NCBI GenBank assembly: GCA_001938485.1
Contig: MQRK01231607.1
Span: 1-54,843 of the forward strand
Length of the DNA: 54,843 bases
Reading direction: 5' to 3'
Origin: Girardia tigrina
Taxonomy: Eukaryota
Shown here: positions 48,441 to 54,843 of the stretch, one piece after another
How positions within the stretch are numbered: position 1 is the first letter of the stretch
How the letters are laid out: the number at the start of each line of letters is the position of its first letter
Position numbers and translations under genes: made by a program
The notes under the pieces: generated by a model
The model's input: only the letters and a program-made list of their open reading frames with translations
Told to the model about the DNA's origin: nothing
Databases searched by the model: none

Positions 48441-51400
48441 ATCACCTTATGTTTTAGTTTTTTTGTGTTCCAAATGATTGGGATAATTGGTTGAATTGAA
48501 ATTAATTTTGTTTTAATATTATTTGACAAATAAATACATAGTTTATTTTATGTCAAAAAAACCAATAACGATTCCCACGAAATTACAGCCAATTCCAAGC
48601 AAAAGCCAAAAATGATGCTTAATACATTAAAATTTGTCAATCAATAATGATAATAATAATGAGGAATTAAAAATTCGGATTTAACTGTTATTACTGATTA
48701 TGATTGTGAGTATATATTTTTTTCTCATGTATTTTTTTGATTAAAAGTTATCCTTGTTATTATTGTTATTTATTTTTTGTATTCATTGGTTAAAAGTGAT
48801 TCTAACGGAAGAATTATCATTCCGTTATAACCACTTTTACTATATGTTTTACTTATAATTGCTTAGAAAACTTTTTATTTTAAATATTTCCTTATTTTAG
48901 AAATTCTTTATAAAAATTAATTATTTCAAAATTTTTAAGAGTGAACCTGTCCTTTACAGTATCCATGGAATTTAGAAACCTGTTTTTGAAGGCATTTTAC
49001 TTATTCAATTTTCTTCAAACTTGATACACTTACTCATTCTCGATGACAATAAATGATATTGTGAAAATTTGATAAAAAACTTTTTTTAAAAATAAGGAAA
49101 AACGGAACATTCGGAGTTCCAGAACAATATTAATTGAAAAAAAATTAGTTATAAATTATAAGTAGTTTATATTAATTTGTATTGTTTTTTTAATTATTTT
49201 TTTGAATAAAATTTTTGTTTTTTTTTGATTTGCTAGTTTAATATTACGTTTTTTCCTTTTGACTCATATTTAGAAAATTAAAACAGTTTTTTTAATATTG
49301 TAGACCTAAAAAGGAATAAGACTGTTAAAAAATGATAGTGAATTTACTGGACAGACATCATGAATAGCGCAATTTAGAGTTCATTTGTGAAAATATAAAA
49401 TAAAATATTTTTTAATATTTTAAATATCTTTCTTTAAATTGAGCTATTTGCGATGTGTTTTCAGTAAACCAAGACATCAGTCCCGACCTAATGTATTTAA
49501 ATAATGTTTTATTCATTTAATTTTTATTTATTAATGTTAAAGATAAATAAAAGATTAATTTGTCATTTGAAATATTTAATGATATGATTTTTCTAAATAT
49601 TTGATTTATTTATTCAATTAAAATAATATATTAATTAACATATTACTTTTTTCGTTCTTTAAGAAAAATTATCTAATATAAATTTATTATAAAGTTTTCT
49701 ATAGAAATAAAGTAAATCACAATTAAAAAAATATATTAATTTAATGAATCACATAAATTAGAAAGAAAGTTTTATAAATTAATAATTTTTCTATCCTAAA
49801 ATGTCTGTTTATTCCTAGACGACAATTTTGTACGGAAAATGAACATTTTATATGGTTAATAAATCCTTTTCGTTTTTTTTAATTCTTACTTAAATTTGTA
49901 CGAGGGTCACCAAATATTTTTTATGTCCAAGATTTATTTTAAAATAAAAAAAATTTAATTTATTCTAAGTAAATGAAATTAATTTCGATTTACAACTGAT
50001 TTATAGACTCGTCCTAGAATTTTAAGTTGGTTAATATTTTATGGACTTAATTAGAATATGGTTGGTTGCCCACAGTCACGGCTGCGAACGAACAGGAAAC
50101 TTTTATTAAAGTAGAAAATTTAATGAGCGGAGAAAGGCTTTCCCCCTGATATTCGACAATACTCTCCATTCCTAGTTAAAAATTAGCCCAATGGGTTTTT
50201 TAATGAAATATTTTGCCTTTCTTTTCAACGAAGAAATCCGAAATAAAAGACTGCCATAAATTACAATATACAATTTCAGACAAAATAGGATATTCTATGT
50301 TTCAGAAATACAAATATTAAATTATAAAGACTTAATTTATATTTTTTCAATTATAATTTATGTTCATAATATTGTAAGTATGAGTTCTCTCATAGGTTTT
50401 TCTATGTCACAGTAGTGTTATCCCCAAGTAGGATGTGTTTTGTTCTTATTCCCTTAGGAGAGAATTAAAATTGAAATGTAGAGAAGATTCGTAAGAATCG
50501 ATATAAAAAATTTTATATATACTTCAGAATTATGTCATCAAAGTAGGTATTGTTCGATAGGAAGGATAATTATAATATGTCACTAGTGTTCAAGAAAGGG
50601 TAAACGAGATTATAAAAAATTAGAAATAGTATTCCAAAAGCAACATTTGTTCCGTTTGAGCCCTCAGTTACCCTAAAGAACGCACGGTTATAGCGATAGA
50701 GTATCGATTTTGGATTTGAAATTTGGGGATGTTGTGTTCGTAATTTATCCATTTTATTGTGGAGAAAAAATGTTCACTCATCGAATGATAATTTTATTTT
50801 TATTATACATAAAATTAGTAATTCAAAATTCAAAAAAATAACAGTTCGATAATTTTTCATAAATAAATCAAAATTTGAAAAAAAATTTCAATTAATTAGC
50901 AACGATTGTTTAATAAAATTTCAAAATACTGTTAAAAAATTTCAATAATCAAATTAATGTTCGACAAAAAATGTCAAATAATTAACGTTTGACAACAAAT
51001 TTCAATCAAAGTTTCAACCAGAATTTCAATTATTAAATTTAAAAAAAAATTCAAATTGAATGCTCGACAAAATTAACGAAAAATTTAAATTGACATAAAG
51101 ACAAAAAATGTGATATAATTTCAAAATATGTCTGACCCAAGGCTCTCTCTGATTGGTTGACCAATCTGATCGAACATTTGATTCAATCACCGATTTGTGA
51201 CACATATACAAAGAAATCGGCGCACCAACTGACATGATAATACTCGACCATTTTCACTAATTCACTGAGTTACATGACTCATTAAAAATTAAATAATAAA
51301 TGAACCGAAATCATTTCAAATTCAATTTTATTATTATATTATTTATCGATCTTCTAGTACAGCTTCAGACATTGAAGATCGAAGATTATACACATTTTAG

Positions 51401-51794
51401 GACATTTTACCGATTTTTACTTGTAAATAATTACAATGCAATCAGTTAAGAAAACAAAAACACATGAAATATTAATACGTTCTCGTTAGATAAATCATAC
51501 AACAGTAGACTTATTTAAATATCCTATAGGGTAATATAATCTTCTAAAAAAAATCCAATGAAATATAATTAATTATGTGTATCATATAATTAGATTAATT
51601 TCATGTTTTTTTCAATGTAGAAGTTAATTGATTTATCCATTTATTTATTAATTTCTTCGAAAACAAATGTAGCTTATGTGAAAATTATTGATGATAAAAA
51701 ACTAACTAAATTAAACAAAAGAAATAGTATCTGTATTTTCAGTTTTATTCCGATTTTTTTCAAGAAACCTATATATGCGATCATTTTAGGTATA

Positions 51795-52380
51795 CTTATA
51801 TACTGTCGGTAATGATTTCAATTCGTCATCAATAAATCATTAAAAACCCTCAATAAAGTTGTCGAGAGTGCATTTTGAACGTTTATTTTAGGATCCAAAG
51901 ATCTTATATATGACGCTTCACATGTCACTTTCTCCCAATAATTCTTAAATAAAGTGTACAGAATTTTAAAGTTATGGATGTTTATGTTGCCTTTACAAGG
52001 CTAACTATGCCCAGCGATATTACTTCTAATTTCCTTACGATTGTGTTCCTGGATTCTCTTACAGAGATGACACAAAGTCTCCGCAATATATGGGGCATTA
52101 CATCCATAACATGCATATTGGTAAAGGAAATCCGAACACAATCCTAACGGTGTTGAAGATTTATTACTAAACATAATTTCAATTTTTTGGATACTGGAAA
52201 TTATTTTAAAATTTATTGTATCATCTACTGGTTTCAAAATATAATGTTTAAATGTTTTAAACTCTTCTGAATAAGGTAAGGTTAAAACATATCCAAGTTC
52301 TAAACTATTTTTATTAGTGTTACAAGATTGATCTTGATCTTGAACATCTATTAATCTGATGACGGTTAATCCTTTGAAAA
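51795..52380 (-). mobile_element. Penelope-like 3' fragment (GIY-YIG) with decayed hammerhead
   Basis: LTLPY...FSNKSSTPLGLCSDFLYQYACYGCNAPYIAETLCHLCKRIQEH. TTGATGA...TCATTACC-GACA at about 51797-51833 is a mutated hammerhead at the expected position. Confidence 0.8.
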
Positions 52381-54452
52381 TAAAACAAAAATTTTATTTG
52401 GCTTTCAAATTTTAATTATAAATTTAAATTATTGTTAATAAATTGTAAAATTTATTTTATATATAAAAATTTTTTTAGTTAATTCTATATATTTTTGCAA
52501 TGATTAGTTCTGAGATTAAATTATATAAAATAAAGAATTAAAATGAAATCGGAGAGCAAAAATATTGGGGAACGATTCGTGTTTCCAGAGCCAGACAATG
52601 GTTCGGTCGGGGATCTGTCAATAATCTGTCATAAATGCAGAGAATATTAGCAATTCAACATATTATTTAGATGGAAAAAGAGTTTAAGCTCCTAGATTTT
52701 CCATCATTTTCAACTGATCCAATTTTGAGTAATTTAAAATTAACGTGGATTTTTTATAAATGAGTTTGTAAATTAAATTTAATTGCAAAATATTTCCATC
52801 AAATAATTCTAGAAATTAAATAAAATTCTAACTCAAAAAAAAAGTATCATAAAAATTCAAATTTATATTTTTAATGTTTCATTAAATTGTTTTTTTATTA
52901 AATTTGTTGATCTAATTTCGAGACACTAAATTTTAATTGATGTTAAATGTATATAAATATTAATTAAATTACACGGAGTCTCATACAAAATGTATAAATT
53001 GAAATAAGTTTTTGTTGCAAAATATTAAATTAGTTATTTAATTATTTGCTGGTTAATGTTATATTTAGTTTTGAAATAAATTATAAAAATTCCAACTAAA
53101 AATGTTCGTTATAGCGATCATACACTGAACTATCTTGGTTGTAATTTATTGATGGCTGAAAGGAGGATCATATTTACAAAATTTCCTCAATCAGATCAAA
53201 AAGTGTTGATACAATATCGAAAATTAATTTCATTTATGGAAAAATATTTGCTAATTTATGGTACTATATTAAAGACATTTATAATATTTTTCTTGTTATC
53301 GTTATTTATATCGAAAAATATCCTTGTACCTATAAGACAATCTTCATTTGATTTTGGAATCACCTTTCATCGTTTATGACTTTGAACAACAATCGCTGAT
53401 CTCCAAATTGCTAATTTATTTGCTGCTTGATGATACAAATAATAATATTATAAAATGATTAATTAATGTAATTAAATAATTAAATAAAAAAAATAATCCA
53501 ATTTGAATAATAGTTGTAGTGATTATTATTTATTTAAAATGAACAAAGAGATTTATTTTATTATGACTCATCAAGAGTCGAAGTTATTTAAAATCGAGTA
53601 TGCGTTCTGAAAATGATTGCCGAGTTGGTCTCTATTGGAGGGACAGAGACAATAAATGGCTGATTGGTTAAACAATCAAAGCGAGTCTAATGTCAGAATT
53701 TTAAGATTTTTAAATCACGTTTAACTAAATCAATTCATGTTATTATTGTTTTATTTTTTCTCGATTGACATTTGTTTTTGTGAATGTTTCATGAGCGATT
53801 ATTTGAGTGCTGATCAATATAAAATTGTAAATGATCTTTTGAGTAAAATTTTCATGATTGTTTGCAAAAACGAAGTCGAATCTTGAGATTGATATTACAA
53901 TTGAATTTGAAAATTTTGTGAATGATTTTTTGTGATTTTGTTGTTAAATAAAATCGAATTTCGAGACTGTAACTGCTATTAAAATTGAAAAGTTTGCGAA
54001 TTGTTGCTAAAAGAAATTAAATCTCGAGATTATAATTGCTAGTGAAATTAAATGGATTGAATTTTAATTATTGTTGAAAATCTCGATTAACAAGCAATCA
54101 TCTATAATAAAATGAGTCCATCACAAAACGTCCGAGCTACAAATAACTCGCCACCGCGACTCTGCTGTCACTGTTCGGTCTGAGGGAAACCTGAAGATCG
54201 GATGGAAGACTTTTTATTATCGATTAATAAAAATATGGATTTCTATTTCATCTGTTTGGAATTTTCAAATTATTTAGATTTTAACATTATAATATTTTTT
54301 TAATAATTTGCGAAAAGAGAATTTATGATTAAATTATTAATTTACCAATTGAGGAAGAGGACTTTATTTGAATATATTTTAAATAACTGTGTCAGAAGCA
54401 TTTTAATTTGTAGTTTTAATAAAAATCTGGAAATAATAATTTTTATTAATGA

Positions 54453-54630
54453 TGTTGGGTTCTTGAACGAGATTAAGACTCATTAACACCAAAATTTTAT
54501 TTCTAACACAATTAACAATTATTCAAACAATTTTTTAATAACAATTTTTCGTCGAGGAACTTTTCTTCGTTTTCTTTTTGACCAGATTTTTATATAAAAA
54601 TATGCAACTATAAATACTGATAAGCTATTT
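54453..54630 (-). repeat. LTR 3'-end-like dispersed repeat, copy 3
   Basis: TGTTGGGTTCTTGAACGAGATTAAGACTCATTAACACC...; homologous to copies 1 and 2. Confidence 0.7.
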
Positions 54631-54760
54631 TAAAATTGATACTTTTTTATTTTCTTTATTTTAAAAATTTACATTCCACAATTTTATGCAACCTAATTTA
54701 AATTAAAACCAACATAATTTATTGTAATAACCAAAGTCATCCATTTAAAAATATATTTTA

Positions 54761-54801
54761 CGATAATATATTTCGACGGATCTACCGTCATCTTCAGGTC
54801 A
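54761..54801 (-). ncRNA. Minimal type I hammerhead ribozyme (Penelope pLTR type)
   Basis: Minus strand: TGAC-CTGAAGA-T-GACGG TAGAT CCGTC-GAAA-TATATT-ATCG. Perfect stem II, one stem I mismatch. Confidence 0.8.
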
Positions 54802-54843
54802 CTAATTAATAATCAATTCACCTGTATATAAATACAAAAATGG

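Overview
Very AT-rich eukaryotic genomic DNA with three assembly gaps and several (TA)n tracts. It looks like an invertebrate, and the repeat mix suits a planarian-type flatworm, though that is inference. I could not identify an intact host protein-coding gene. Most of the window is decayed transposons: one full-length mariner with perfect 31-bp TIRs, several other mariner copies, a TRT/DD37E element, a maT-like element, hAT elements, MITEs, a truncated Gypsy gag, LTR ends, a probable Helitron helicase relic and many Penelope-like (PLE) fragments. Four PLE-type minimal hammerhead ribozymes are recognisable (4976, 15266, 27477, 54761), along with further decayed ones and a PLE fold-back rearrangement at 13.9-15.3 kb. 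The most interesting unexplained signals are structured RNAs between the transposons. (1) A U17/snR30-like H/ACA snoRNA candidate on the minus strand at 11962-12148 has a perfect m1 motif and a variant m2. (2) A dispersed minus-strand family of homologous G/U-rich long hairpins with compensatory stem changes and a 3' ANA-type box lies at 7.6, 30.8 and 30.9 kb, and possibly 38.1 kb. (3) Further hairpin-plus-box candidates lie at 21.4, 35.4 and 48.3 kb. All folds and alignments were done by eye and need computational confirmation.
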